Origin: Octopus sinensis
Taxonomy: Eukaryota
Direction of reading: 5' to 3'
NCBI RefSeq assembly: GCF_006345805.1
Contig: NC_042998.1
Location: forward strand, 185,256,001-185,320,000
Length of the DNA: 64,000 nt
In this document: positions 27,360-40,992 of the stretch, piece by piece
Position numbering within the stretch: position 1 is the first letter of the stretch
Layout of the letters: each line of letters begins with the position of its first letter
Notes under the pieces: generated by a model
Database searches by the model: none
Seen by the model: the letters and a program-made list of their open reading frames with translations, nothing else
Told to the model about the DNA's origin: nothing
Program-made: the position numbers and the translations under genes

Positions 27360-28970
27360 TATGTCATTATTCAGTTTTATTTCAAGATTTCTTTCCAATA
27401 GAGAAAGAGTCGGTTTCTAACCTAGATCCAAAGCCGCTTCATCGGAATTTCAACATCAACAACAGGGTATGCATGTATGTATGTATGTATGTATGTATGT
27501 ATGTATGTATGTATGTATGTATGTATGTATGTATGTATACATGCAGATTTGTATTTTGTATTCTGTTTTCAGAATGTCTTCTCATGCATATATTTGCATA
27601 TCTAGACATGCTTAAATGATAAACTTCTGGAAAGTTTTATAGATTTTTACAGTTCCAGTGATGGATTGGATCTGTAGTCTTCGAATCAGCTTTCTCCTTT
27701 CTGATTTTTGAGAGGCCTAATGGTATTTAGGCAGTGTGTTATATATCCCAGTGCCCCAATAATTACAGGTATAAACCTGAACTTGTAATCTGGATAGAGT
27801 AACTGTAGAATTCTCAATAATTCAGCATAGGTATTCTTTTTTCCATTGACCTTCAGCTCTATGTTAAGTTCTGCTGGGCAGCTGACTTCGTGCATGATAT
27901 GTATGTATGTATATATGTATGTGTTTCTTCTTGGTATTCAATTCTTTAAGTTCTTCTTCTGAAGAAGGAGCTGGTTTCAAACAAAGATACAAAGCTCCAT
28001 CGTTGGAAATGTTAACGAAAACAATGTCACACTTTAAACCCGACATTGTTTTCATATTCTCTCTTTACTGCATTTAACCACGATGCATTTAGGTTGAGAT
28101 TCCTCTTTCCGTTCCAGATTTTCAACCAGAATGAGAGAGTGGGGGCTTTCTTAACGGTAATATTTTCCATCCTCATCTCTCTATATACTGTCTGTGGGTT
28201 AGAAGCAAACTTGTGATTTATACAGACTCGTTCTAGAATTCGTTTGCGGTAACGAAGACTTTCACTCAGAGCTCTGAAATCGCGTTTTAGAGTAATTAAC
28301 CTCCCCTCAAGAGCTTGTTGTGAAGAGTCACCATACAGTTTTGTTAATTTGTTTATAAGATGTAACTCATTGTTGCTCACATCTGATTATCGTTGTTAAC
28401 CTTCCAATATGGCAGCGGAGATTGTTGTTTTCTTCTTCAAATTTTGTTTTCCATCTGGATTGTTTCGGTTTAGTACTTTCATTACAATGTACACTGCAGA
28501 TTTTTCCTAGGTGCTCTTAAGAGCCATAGCTGCTGTGTATATGAGGGTATAAATACTACAGTAATTAACATTACATGATTTCATGTGCCCTCCAGCGACA
28601 TCATAGTCAACTTTCAAAATTAGAGCTGTTGGATTGATAGTTTTGAAACAGTAGAAAAGTTTCCAAGATATTTGTTGTCAAAGTTGTTTCGTAGTTAAGG
28701 TGCTTAAGTTGGGGTAAGATTCGTCCCAATATTTTTTTAACTTCTTCATATATCCGATAGAAGGGTCTTCACGGACTTATTCATAGCATCGAAGATCTTG
28801 GATTAGATGTAGAATCCAAGTATAATGAGTGGAGTACTTACGTCTTCTTAGATAGCTTACTGGTGTTGTAGTGCTGTTTTGTCGGTGGTGGTGTTGTTAG
28901 TTTCAACCATAATCGTGTTCGCGAAATTCCACGGGGATATAAAGTATATTTTTAAAATCCGGTCGGAATA
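27360..28970 (-). mobile_element. REL-type LINE pieces (3' UTR, REL C-terminus, N-terminal ORF) interleaved with (ATAC)n arrays
   Basis: EVSCPAELNIELKVNGKKNTYAELLRILQLLYPDYKFRFIPVIIGALG (27686-27895); INHKFASNPQTVYREMR...FWLKIWNG (28027-28380); related REL tail at 44020-44175. Confidence 0.8.
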
Positions 28971-29093
28971 ACGCTACGTTGATAGTTATTGATTTAAGCT
29001 GGAGGAGTCGGCATATATGTAGAAGGGAACGTTCAAAAATACTTTTTAAACAGCTCTCAACGCCTATACGTTTGATGTTGACGGCGCCATTTT

Positions 29094-29340
29094 GTATGTA
29101 TGTGTGTGTGTGTATGTATGTATGTATGCAAGTATGTATGTATGCATGCATGTATGCATGCATGTATGTATGTATGTATGTATGTATGTATGTATGTATG
29201 TATGTATGTATGTATGTATGCATGCATGCATGCATGTATGTATGTGTCTATGTATATATGTATGTATGTATGTATGCATGCATGTATGTATGTATGTGTA
29301 TGTGTATGTATGTATGTATGTATGTATGTATGCATGTATG

Positions 29341-29371
<31 letters not shown>

Positions 29372-29626
29372 GTATGTATGTATGTATGTATGCATGTATG
29401 TATGCATGTATGTATGCATGCATGTATGCATGCATGTATGTATGCATGTATCTATGTAATGTATTTATGTAGTGTATATATGTATGTATGTGTCTATGTA
29501 TGTATGTATGTATGTATGCATGCATGTATGTATGTAATGTATATATGTATGTATGTATGTATGTAAGTATGTATGTATGTATGTATGTATGTATATATGT
29601 ATGTATGTATGTATTATGTATGTATG

Positions 29627-29660
<34 letters not shown>
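29094..29660. repeat. long (TATG/CATG)n microsatellite
   Basis: Directly visible. Confidence 0.95.
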
Positions 29661-30046
29661 CAATAGACAACGTTGAACATATTTGGACAAATATTGACTG
29701 GTGGTAAGAAATGAGTATTCATCACAAGATTGTTTTCAACGTCAAGGAATATCAGGCTTCTCTTTATTTCCTTTTTTTTTTTTTTTGTCATTTTCATTTC
29801 GTGAAAATACAATTCGCCAAAATCTCGTTAAAACTGTCGATTATATTTTCTGATTGGATTTATTGATTGATTGATTTGTCTAGTAATAAATCATAGTTAT
29901 AATTATGGAATTAGAAAAATAGGAAAAAAAATTATATATAATAACTGCATTTAGAATACACCAACCAAAATCCGTCGCAACAGAAATATATTTACTACGA
30001 ATACAAGGAAACGAGTGTCTTCTGCAAATATAAAATTTATACAAAA

Positions 30047-30439
30047 CTAGCAGTATCGCCCGGCGTTGCTCGGGTTTGTAAAGGAAATAACTATATAAGC
30101 ATTTTTAGAGATGTAAAGTATAATAGCCATCTCAATATGGCTAACCACAAAGGGGGGTGTTACTGTAGCTTTTTACGTTCTGAGATTTAATAATACATTT
30201 TTAGAGAGTTACTTCCCTTATATAATAGCAAAAAAATGCATTAAAAATGGGAAAAAATGATGGTAATTTTTTTTTAATCGTAGACTCATCGTAGACGCGC
30301 GCTAATACCCAGAAGGGCTCGATATGAATCACGACTATAAGATACCCGCTTTTGGTTGCATTGCACCGCAAATTGTGGGAGTAGTTAGGAATCTAAATCG
30401 TAGGAGACAGACACACAACTTGACTTTTATATATAAAGA
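30047..30439 (-). mobile_element. non-autonomous Helitron (family H1), second copy
   Basis: Reverse complement of both termini of 3506-3914 (TC...hairpin-CTAG); internal part differs. Confidence 0.85.
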
Positions 30440-31336
30440 TAACTGCATTTAGAATACACCAACCAAAATCCGTCGCAAAAGAAATATATTTACTACGAAT
30501 ACAAGGAAACGAGTGTCTTCTGCAAATATAAAATTTATACAAAATATCTAGTAAAGAAAAACTGGTAGCAAATTCAAATATCTACAAAAGACTAGCAAAA
30601 ATATTTTTCCTTTTCAAAGAAGTTAACAAACGTAAAATAGAGGCTGAGGTAACAGACAGTAAGTAGAATGGACAAGCTACAACAAACATTAATAAGAAAG
30701 AAAAAAAAACTAAGCTGAAATACGATTGCAAAAAAAGCTTCGAACAAGACTGAAGAAAGCGGAAAAGGATAAAGAAAAATCTCAACGCAAGCTGGACTGA
30801 AAAAGAAGAGCTAAAGGTGAAACCGAATGATGTTTTATTGTATCTCAGAAGAACAATCTCTTCCGACCAGAAAATATCAAAAGCAAATAATGAAGCAAAA
30901 TCCCAAAATAATAATAAAATGAAATTCGAAAATAATAATAATGATGGACTCTCTCGTCGAAGATGACGTATGAATGTTCTGCTTTTTTTTTTTGCCGAGC
31001 GACCTGCACAAATGACTTGTTTATAGTGTATGTGCCGTACATTAGCTCGCTCCGTTCATCAAATCGATGTTGCCTGAACAGCTGCACAAATGTGTGACCA
31101 ACGTGAAATGAAGTGTTTTGCGCAAGAACACAACGCACCACCTGGTCTAGAAATTGAAACGACGATCTAGAAATTGAAACTACCCTAACCACTGGGTCAT
31201 GCGTCCTCAATAATTATAATAACAACAGTTATTATTATTATTATATATTATTATTATTATTATATTATTATTATTATTATTTTTATTATTATTATTATTA
31301 TCATTGAGTGAGAGAGCAGTGCATGCCATCAAAGTG

Positions 31337-31436
31337 NNNNNNNNNNNNNNNNNNNNNNNNNNNNNNNNNNNNNNNNNNNNNNNNNNNNNNNNNNNNNNNN
31401 NNNNNNNNNNNNNNNNNNNNNNNNNNNNNNNNNNNN
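31337..31436. other. assembly gap (100 N)
   Basis: Run of n. Confidence 1.
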
Positions 31437-32615
31437 GCTGGAAGGGGATTAAAATTTACAGGAGTGATAACTTGATGTGAGAAATTGATTGGGAGACATT
31501 TTGGGGCGCTACAGTGGTTGCTTTGCTGTGAAAACGGGGACTTCATTGATATTTGGTGACATTTGGGAATCTAGACTGGACACCTTTTGCCCGATTTCAA
31601 TCAAATTTTCAACATGGTAAAGTGGAAGCGGATTTGTAATTTAAGCGCGGAAAATGGATTCGAAATTTTGAAAATTAAGGCAAGATTCTTGAAGCTGAAA
31701 AAAATTTCTCATTTTTACGCATTTTTGCCTTTTATTTTTTATTGTTTAGTTTTCATTTTTTCTGAAAGAAATTTACAGATGCATGTAGCCCGTGTTTAGA
31801 GCTTTCATTTGTATGGTCAATCGTCGAAAAATTCCCAAAATAAGTACTAAATTTAACAAAGAAATCCTTTTTTTTCCTTATTTTTAATCGCTCAAATAGT
31901 GGCACGTACAAAAGGCAAGTGTGCTTTCCGTTGTCACTGCCTGATATTTATGATTGATCTTTCAAAATATTTTCTTTATCAACTTACTCAAGATCCTTTG
32001 TTTTTATAAATGGGAGAGAGGTAGATAGGGAAAGACAAAGAGTAAGAGAAAGCTAGGGAGAGTCCAAGAGAAAGGAAGAGTAAGAGAGTGGGAAAGTGAG
32101 AGAGAAACAAAGAGGGAGAATGTGGCGATAAGAAACAGAAAGGAAGCGACGGAAAGTAACAACCACACCCTTGAGCTAGTATTGAACTATATGAATAAGG
32201 CGGCGAGCTGGCAGAATCGTTAGCACGCCGGGCAAAATGCTTTGCAGTATTTCGTCAGTCTTTACGTTCTGAGTTCAAATTCCGCTGAGGTCGACTTTAC
32301 CTGTCATCCTTTCGGGATCGGTGAAATAAGTACCAGTTGAGCACTGGGGTCGATGTAATCGACTTACCCCCTCTCCTAAAATTGCTGTCCTTGTGCCAAA
32401 ATTTGAAACTAATATTAAATTATATATAAAGTTATTCAAAGAAAAACGGATGTGACAGAAGAACAAACTTAACCCCAGACACTAATTCTTAAAATGGAGA
32501 TCATTGATACCGAAACATGACTTCATATCTTTCTCTTTCTTTCTCTCCCTCTCTCTCCCTCTCTCTCTCCCTTCGTCTTTCTTTTTCGTCTTCTTGGTCA
32601 TTAAAACACAGGTGT

Positions 32616-32995
32616 GGAGGCGCAATGGCCCAGTGGTTAGGGCAGCGGACTCGCGGTCGTAGGATCGCGGTTTCGATTCCCAGACCGGACATTGTGAGTG
32701 TTTATTGAGCGAAAACACCTAAAGCTTCACGAGGCTCCTGCAGGGGGTGGTAGTGAACCCTGCTGTATTCTTTCACCACAACTTTCTCTCACTCTTTCTT
32801 CCTGTTTCTGTTGTACCGTATTTTCAAAGGGCCAGCCTTGTCACACTCTGTGTCACGCTGAATCTCCTCGAGAACTACGTTAAGGGTACACGTGTCTGTG
32901 GAGTGCTCAGCCACTTGCACGTTAATTCCACGAGCAAGCTGTTCCGTTGATCGTATCAGCTGGGACCCTCATCGTCGTAACCGACGGAGTGCTCC
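32616..32995 (+). mobile_element. tRNA-derived SINE family C
   Basis: TGGCCCAGTGGTTAG A-box and GGTTTCGATTCCC B-box. Second copy at 62851-63224(-) with TSD ACAACTCTAGTT (62839-62850, 63225-63236); relatives at approximately 30945-31210(-) and 56625-56742(+). Confidence 0.88.
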
Positions 32996-33696
32996 TTTTT
33001 TTTAAAACACAAGTAAGTAAATAACACTTTCGCTGGTGTAGAATTCTGTTGAGACATAACACGAGACAGAAAGAGAAGCAGACGGTATGGAAGGTGATGT
33101 CCAGACATACGCATATTTAAATAAGAAATATGCTTGATTGAAAAGTATATAAATACATGTAAATAATGCCTTGTGAGTGGATTTGGTAGACGGAAACTGA
33201 AAGAAGCCCGTCGTATATATGTATATATATATATGTGTGTGTATGTGTTTGTGTCTGTGTTTGTCCCCCTAGCATTGCTTGACAACCAATGCTGGTGTGT
33301 TTACGTCCCCGTCACTTAGCGGTTCGGCAAAAGAGACCGATAGAATAAGTACTGGCGGTGCTCCAGCATGGCCGCAGTCAAATGACTGAAACAAGTAAAA
33401 GAGTAAAAGAGTAAAAGAGTATATGTACAATCACACACGCACACACACACACACACTCATATACGCACACCCACATGTATATATACATAACTTAAAAGCC
33501 TATTCACTACGTGTGTACAATGGTTTATTTTCATAAATGGAAGGTTATATAAATATAAAAATATATTATATAAATAGAAGATATCAAAAAAATGCAAAAA
33601 TGTTGCTATTATCAAATACATAAGTTTCTGCGTCAATAAACAAAAGCGAAGCAGTTATTTCATGAAATAGGGAAATGTTCTTCTTAGAATGGTATG

Positions 33697-33777
33697 AAGA
33701 AAGAAAGAAAGAAAGACAGAAAGAAAGAAGAAAGAAAGACAGAAAGACAGAGAAAGAAAGAAGAAAGAAAGAAATAA

Positions 33778-33818
<41 letters not shown>

Positions 33819-34041
33819 AAAAGACAGAAAGAAAGAAAGAAAGACAGAAAGACAGAAAAGAAAGAAAAGAAAGAAAGAAAGAAGAAAGAAAGAATAAAAG
33901 AAAGAAAGAAAGAAGAAAGAAAGAAGAAAGAAAAGAAAGAAAGAAGAAAGAAAAGAAAGAAGAAAGAAAAAAGAAAACAGAAAGAAAGAAGAAAGAAAGA
34001 AAGAAAGAAAGAAAGACAGAAAGACAGAAAGAAAGAAAGAC

Positions 34042-34095
<54 letters not shown>

Positions 34096-34157
34096 GACAG
34101 GAAAAGAAAGACAGAAAGAAAGAAGGAAAGAAGGAAAGAAGGAAAGAAAGAAAGAAG
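33697..34157. repeat. (GAAA)n-type purine microsatellite
   Basis: Directly visible. Confidence 0.95.
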
Positions 34158-34268
34158 TACAATAAGTCTTGTCAATAAACTCTTCGTTGAATATTTCTTG
34201 CCAATTGCTTTTTTTCCCTTTTTTTCAGCATATGCGATATTTGTCTATTTTCTTACTATATATATATA

Positions 34269-34357
<89 letters not shown>

Positions 34358-35389
34358 TGGCAAATAATATGAGACTCTAAAGGTAAGAAATGCCATGGTG
34401 ATATTAAAAGTTGTTACGATGATATTAAAAAGAAATATTAAATTAAAAAATTTTTATCTAAATACGGAACTTAAAAGGTAAGAGTCTTTTCATAGATCAT
34501 CTCATAATCCACCTGGTCACATGGGAGTATTGGGATTTTCACTAATCAGACAATCTCACCCAGATGACCCAGCTAGAGTTGATCAAGCCCAGGCACCTCC
34601 AGAAAACTCTACGTTCTCCAAAGTTCGCACTTCCTGACCCAAGAATTATAAATATAATATTGACTTCAAATTTTGGCACAAGGCCAGCAAGTCCGATGGA
34701 GTAGGTAAGTCAATTACATCTACTCCAGCGGGCATCTGGTACCTCGAAAGGATGAAAGACAAAGTCGACTTCAACGGAATTTCAACTCATAACGTAAGGA
34801 TGGGCGAAATGCGTTAACTCATTTTGCCTAATGATTCTACCATTAATTTCAAATATAATATTCCTTTCAACTATAGGCACAAGGCCTGGAATTTCAGGAA
34901 ATGGGGAAAGGATAGTCGATTACATCGAACCCAGTGGTCAACTGGTACTTATTTCATTGACCCCGAAAGGGATGAATGGCAAAGTCGACCACGACGGAAT
35001 TTGAATTCAGAACGTAAAGACGGACGAAATGCCGCGAAGCATTTTACCCTGCGTGATAACGATTCTCCCAGCTCGCAGCCTTAATTTTAGATACTAGCAG
35101 AAAGACCGCTTTCCGGACAGTTTTCTGCAAGCCACCTGATAATATTTTCACATTTGATTCCTAATTCTAGTAATTTTAATATTTTACGTCTGATTATTTC
35201 TTTGTAAAATAAAGCTCACTTGCATAGTAAATATTACTTTCATTATTTTATCAGTCATAATCTCTCTCTCTCTCTTTTAAGCAAACATCATGGTAGTCCG
35301 ACAACAGGGGAAGAAGCAATTTTTACCTTTCCCTCAAAGCAACATAAAGATTGCAATTCAGCAGCCCATCTGTAAGCTTTGCAGTGTGT

Positions 35390-35437
<48 letters not shown>

Positions 35438-35960
35438 GGAGAGAGAGAGGAGGGAGAGAGAGAGAAAGAACATTTCAAACAATGAATGAAATAAACATGA
35501 ACTGGAAAATCGTATAAATTAAAAGGTATTACTTCAGATGTATACGCTCCCGACTCTGTAGCCTCATAACATCCAGAAAAATGGATACTTTTTTTAACAA
35601 AATTTTCTACAAATACCGCTTAGATGTTGAGGCTTTAGAGTATATAGGGATTTATAGGAATTACTTTTTTTCGAGGGGGTGGAGAGAGGAGTTTTGGAAA
35701 ATTCACAAAATCTGACTTTTTTCCCTCATAAATTTCAGGAAAATGGGTATCTTTTCATGAAAACTTATACAAATCCCTTTCAAACAGCACAGATTACGAT
35801 TTTAAGGAAATTTATGGGGAAATTTCTTTCGGGGATTTTCCCCATTTTTTTTTTTTAACACAGCTTTCGAAATGATGGGGTTGGTGGAGGGGGGGCATCT
35901 TTGTATGAAAAAGTTTTGAAAACTTTTTTTTTACAACTCCCCTTTCCCTCATCAGCCCAC

Positions 35961-36860
35961 TCCGGACCTATTTTGGCCAATTTCTTTTGCACTTAAAACC
36001 CATGAGAAGAGCATTTACGGTAAAATATAAAAAAAAAACAATTGTTGATATTTTCAGAGGGAAAAGTGAGTGATTTAAGGGCAATTTGGCTGTTTCTTTA
36101 TCACTCTCGCATGTATTGATGATTTTCAATATTTTCCCCCCTATAAATATATTTATATGCTATAAAAAAAAAAGAAAATTTGAGAAATTATGAATTTTTG
36201 CAACACCATTCCCTGCCCCCGATTGTATCTGCTTAGAAATTAAAATATTGGAGAGTCTGAGAAGGTCATTGCTGGCATTTAACCATAGTGATTTTTAAAA
36301 AAATTACGGTGATCTACTTGCATAGCAAGTGGCTTGATCTGAGATCGTGTACTGAAACAAAAACAATTGCAGCGTGGAAGATGTTTGTAAGCCATTCAAA
36401 ATCACACAAAAGCAGTTAGTTTCACTTCAACATTTAAAGTTCATTTGTGTTAAAATATTTTCGTCGCTTTGAAACCGTGACCTACTCACTGACAAAACTT
36501 CATAAAATTGATGCAGCATGAACATTTGTCACGGTTTCAAAATGAAGGTGGGGGGGTAAAAATTTAGATTACACTTCATTTTGTTGTTTTTCTTCAACCA
36601 ATGGACCGCGCGAGTCTTACTTCGGCATCATCATTCCATAAGATGTGTTTAATAGGAGAAAAATATTGAAAAAATCATCAATACATGTGTGAGTGAAAAG
36701 GGAGGGTGGTTTAGGTTGTGCTAAAAACAACAGCGGAACCTCCCTTGAATTTTCACCATTTCTTCTGAAAATATTTACAATTTTTATTTTTTATTTTTAC
36801 CGAAAAGGCTCCTCCCATGGTTTTTAAGTTAAAAACAAAAATGGCCAAAATCGGTCCGGA
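35961..36860. mobile_element. foldback/MITE-like element with long imperfect inverted repeats
   Basis: TCCGGACCTATTTTGGCCAATTT...ACTTAAAACCCATGAGAAGAGC (from 35961) pairs with GCTCCTCCCATGGTTTTTAAGT...ATGGCCAAAATCGGTCCGGA (to 36860); complementarity continues about 180 bp inward. Confidence 0.65.
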
Positions 36861-37096
36861 CAGTTATTTTTGTAAGGCTTATAGCATTCCAAACAGCCAT
36901 AACAACAAAATCACTTTAAAATTTTTCTTACAAAATTTATATGAGTGTTTCAGAGAATTTTCAATCAGTAAATAATGTTTTTACATTACGTACACATTAA
37001 TAGAACAAACTGTCGGTTTTCCAAATAGCAAATTAAAACTTTAAATGAAAACATTAAAAGAGAAAGTGAGACTTTGCAAATAAAAATAGAATAATC

Positions 37097-37348
37097 CGCA
37101 GTTAATGCAATGAATATTTAAATTTGTGAAGAATTGGACGCAGTGAATGCAATGAATATTTAAATTTGTGAAGAATTGGACGCAGTGAATGCAATGAATA
37201 TTTAAATTTGTGAAGAATTGGACGCAGTGAATGCAATGAATATTTAAATTTGTGAAGAATTGGACGCAGTGAATGCAATGAATATTTAAATTTGTGAAGA
37301 ATTGGACGCAGTGAATGCAATGAATATTTAAATTTGTGAAGAATTGGA
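37097..37348. repeat. minisatellite, 6 x 42 bp
   Basis: Unit CGCAGTGAATGCAATGAATATTTAAATTTGTGAAGAATTGGA; five identical copies and one with a single mismatch; no spacers. Confidence 0.97.
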
Positions 37349-37761
37349 ATTCAAAAAATTCAATAAACTTGAGAAATCAAAATTATAGGAAATCTCTTAA
37401 AACATGAATTTATAAAAATATTTCCAGACGGTCAACCCTTTAATAATTGGTTTCTTTTAGTATTTTTAGTGGTTGTTACAGACCTAATTGATAAGCAGCT
37501 TTCTCCATTATATTTTTAATATATCATAAAAATAAAATTAACATGTGTGTGGTGAATGTAATGAGTCAACGTTGGAGGTAGTAGATTTAAGATTGAATGG
37601 ATTGCTGTGTGGTTTTGTGGTAAGAAGCTTGCTTCCCAACCACGTGATTCCGGGTTCAGTCTCACTGCGTAGCACCTTGGGCTGATTAAAGTGCCTCGGG
37701 CTGATTAAAGCTTTGTCAGTGGAATTGGTAGACGGAAACTGACAGGAGTCCGTCGTATATA

Positions 37762-37792
<31 letters not shown>

Positions 37793-40691
37793 CTATGTGT
37801 GTGTGTCTATGTGTGTGTGTGTGTGTGTGTGTACGTACCTTTCTGTGTGTTTGTTCCCTCAACGCTGCTTGACAACTGACGTTGGTGTGCTTATGTCCCC
37901 GTGACTTAGTGGTTCGGCAAAAGTATCCGATTGAATAAGTACTAGGCTTTAAAAATAACTCTTGGGGTCGACTAAAAAACCCTTCAAGATGGTGTTCCAG
38001 CATGACCGCAATCAGATGACTAAAACAATTAAAAGAATAAAAGAATAAAGGAATATCCTCAAACTTATAGGGACTTCCATTTATATAGCATTCGCTTTAG
38101 TTTTTCAATCCCCGGATCACTTTCATACAAATCAGTTTTTCATTTGTGTGGAGATACGATGATATGAATACATAGATATGAACGGTTGAACGTGCGTATA
38201 TTTAATGCATATGTCTGGTAGTAATTATCTAGGATATTGTACACAAGAACTCAATTGAATTTATTGATATGTGTTTGAAACGAGTGTTAGGTGTTTAGAT
38301 AAAATATTTATGTCTTGTATATTTTATGTCAATATGTAATGATTTTTCTGAGTGTTTACTAATGAGTGTTATCGGCAAATAATATTTCGAACGTTTCTGC
38401 TGTGTATAAATTGCGACGTCTTCTATTCTATTGTTAGATCTTCCTTTGTTTATCATGGTCCATTTTATATCATATGGTGTATGTCTACTATCTATTGGCT
38501 AAATACATGAGGATAGTGTGTGTCTTTTATTAATATTATGAAATCTGAAGATTTGCTTTTATTGAGATTTGAACAGCTTAGATGTAAGTTTTGTATGTAT
38601 TCTCTTTCAGTTAAGATTTTCATTTGGCATTGACACGTCTTTCTCACGAAGACAGTTTGGTTGTTACATTTGCATTTTCGGTTGGATTTGGCTGGCTGGT
38701 CACATATTTGTTCAGTCAGAGAGACAAATCTGTGAATGAAGTTCTGGCCAATTTCGTATATGTCTCTAGTTTCATGATATTGGTTGTTCATATTATTGGA
38801 TTGTATTTCTTTTACAATTGTGTTTAGTTGCATTTGAAAGTAATTCTCAATCATTCTAAATTTTATATTTTAAATAAACAGAAGGCGTTTGTAGGCGTAG
38901 AGGTGGCTGTGTGGTAAGTAACTTGCTTACGAACCACATGGTTCCGGGTTCAGTCCCACTGCGTCGCACCTTGAGCAAGTGTCTTCTGCTATAGCCTCAG
39001 GCCGACCAAAGCCTTGTGAGTGGATCTGGTAGATGGCTTCAAAAAGAAGCCCGTCGTATATATGTATAGATATATATAGTGTGTATGTTTGTGTGTCTGT
39101 GTTTGTCCTCCCCCCCCCCAACATCGCTTGACAATCAATGCTGGTATGTTTACGTCCCCGTAACTTAGCGGTTCGGCAAAAGAGACCGATAGAATAAGTA
39201 CTAGCTTTACAAAGAATAAGTCCTGAGGTCGATTTGGTGGTGCTCCAGCATGGCCACAATCAAATGACTGAAACAAGTAAAAGAGTAAAAGAGAAGAGTT
39301 TGTCTTCGAGTGGCACTAAAATTGCATCCATAGGTTCTAATTCCAAAGATGGTTTCGTTCTCAAAGAATGTAGTCTGTATCATAATTCATATCAATTTAG
39401 TCGTTTAGTTCTTCAGACCAGTTCACCTTGGTTCACATGGAGCAGCAGTAAACTGGAAGTACTTGTCCAGGGTTCATCTGATCTCATGATGTTATTACCT
39501 TTACTGCGTAGTATACTCGTGATTCATTTCTCTCTCTGCTTCCGTTTAATATAGATCCTTTCAGCGTCACTGTTGAAATTACCAGGCGGCGAGCTGACAG
39601 AAACGTTAGCACGCCGGGCGAAATGCTTAGCGGTATTTCGTCTGCCGCTACGTTCTGAGTTCAAATTCTGCCGAGGTCGACTTTGCCTTTCATCCTTTCG
39701 GGGTCGATAAATTAAGTACCAGTTACGCACTGGGGTCGATGTAATCGACTTAATACCTATGTCTGTCCTTGTTTGTCCCCTCTATGTTTAGCCCCTTGTG
39801 GGTAATAAAGAAATAGGTATTTCGTCTGCCGCGACGTTCTGAGTTCAAATTCTGCCGAGGTCGACTTTGCCTTTCATCCTTTCGGGGTCGATTAAATAAC
39901 TACCATGCACACACAGACACACGCACGCACATACATACATACATACATACATACATACATACATACATACATACATACATACATACATACATACATACAT
40001 ACATAGGTTTGCCATACGTCACAGTTGGGCCGGGAAAGTCCTTGCTTGAATGCTCTATCTGTTCTTTTTTTTTTTTCTCCATTTCTCTCCCTCCAGCCTG
40101 CTATTAATTTCTCCATGTCCATAATCTCCCCACCATTATAATCACGCCAGCTAATCATTCCTCTCCCACCCACGCAACTTAAATCACCAACGACAACAAA
40201 CATGCTATTCTTATATCCACATCTGATCATTCACTAGACATCTGGACAATCGACCACAAACTAACAAGACAAGTTTACTCAAAAAAAAAAAGAAAACCCA
40301 ACCAAAACCAGGTGATTTTACTCGTACCGCTAAGCCTGTGTATGTTTTATGGCCGTAAATGTGGTTAATTTAAACATTGCATCTGCGATATACTAAAGTT
40401 AAACCGCTCTTTTCGATCGATAGCGGTGTTTGCCTACTGCTTATCTTCTATAAATAATCGGCCGTTAGAAATCCTTATCACTAACCGAACCCACTACGTT
40501 TTAACGATAAAATATAACCGTTGTTATGTGTATATGAGCGAATGTACACAAGGAAAGTAAATCTATTTCGTCATGAAAATAAAGTGTGAATTATGAGGGT
40601 GTATGTCTATATGTTTGCATATATGTATGTTTATATAAGTACATTATATATATATGTATATATATGTATGTATATATATGTGTATATATAC

Positions 40692-40813
<122 letters not shown>

Positions 40814-40951
40814 ATAGTGGAATAGTAATAAATGAAGTAGAGCAAATAATATAAGTATTTGAAAAACAACGACAAAAAAAAAACTGACGTAATTATTGTA
40901 CAAGCATATAAGAATGGCAATAGACTGAAAATTGGAATAACAAGACAAGCG

Positions 40952-40960
40952 ACGACGATG

Positions 40961-40992
<32 letters not shown>

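Noticed and set aside
32616-32690. tRNA gene
   Set aside because: It is the tRNA-like head of SINE family C and continues into a body shared with 62851-63224; it has no proper acceptor stem.
33584-34178. Lys/Glu/Arg-rich and Phe/Leu/Ser-rich ORFs
   Set aside because: Read-through of a (GAAA)n repeat; likewise 10607-10924 and the many YI/HT/CV/MYVC ORFs.
37097-37348. CRISPR-like array
   Set aside because: The units are contiguous with no unique spacers, there are no cas genes and the context is eukaryotic.
38492-38854. 120-aa ORF as a host gene
   Set aside because: No splice support; it more likely belongs to a decayed Penelope-like element, but no diagnostic motif is intact.
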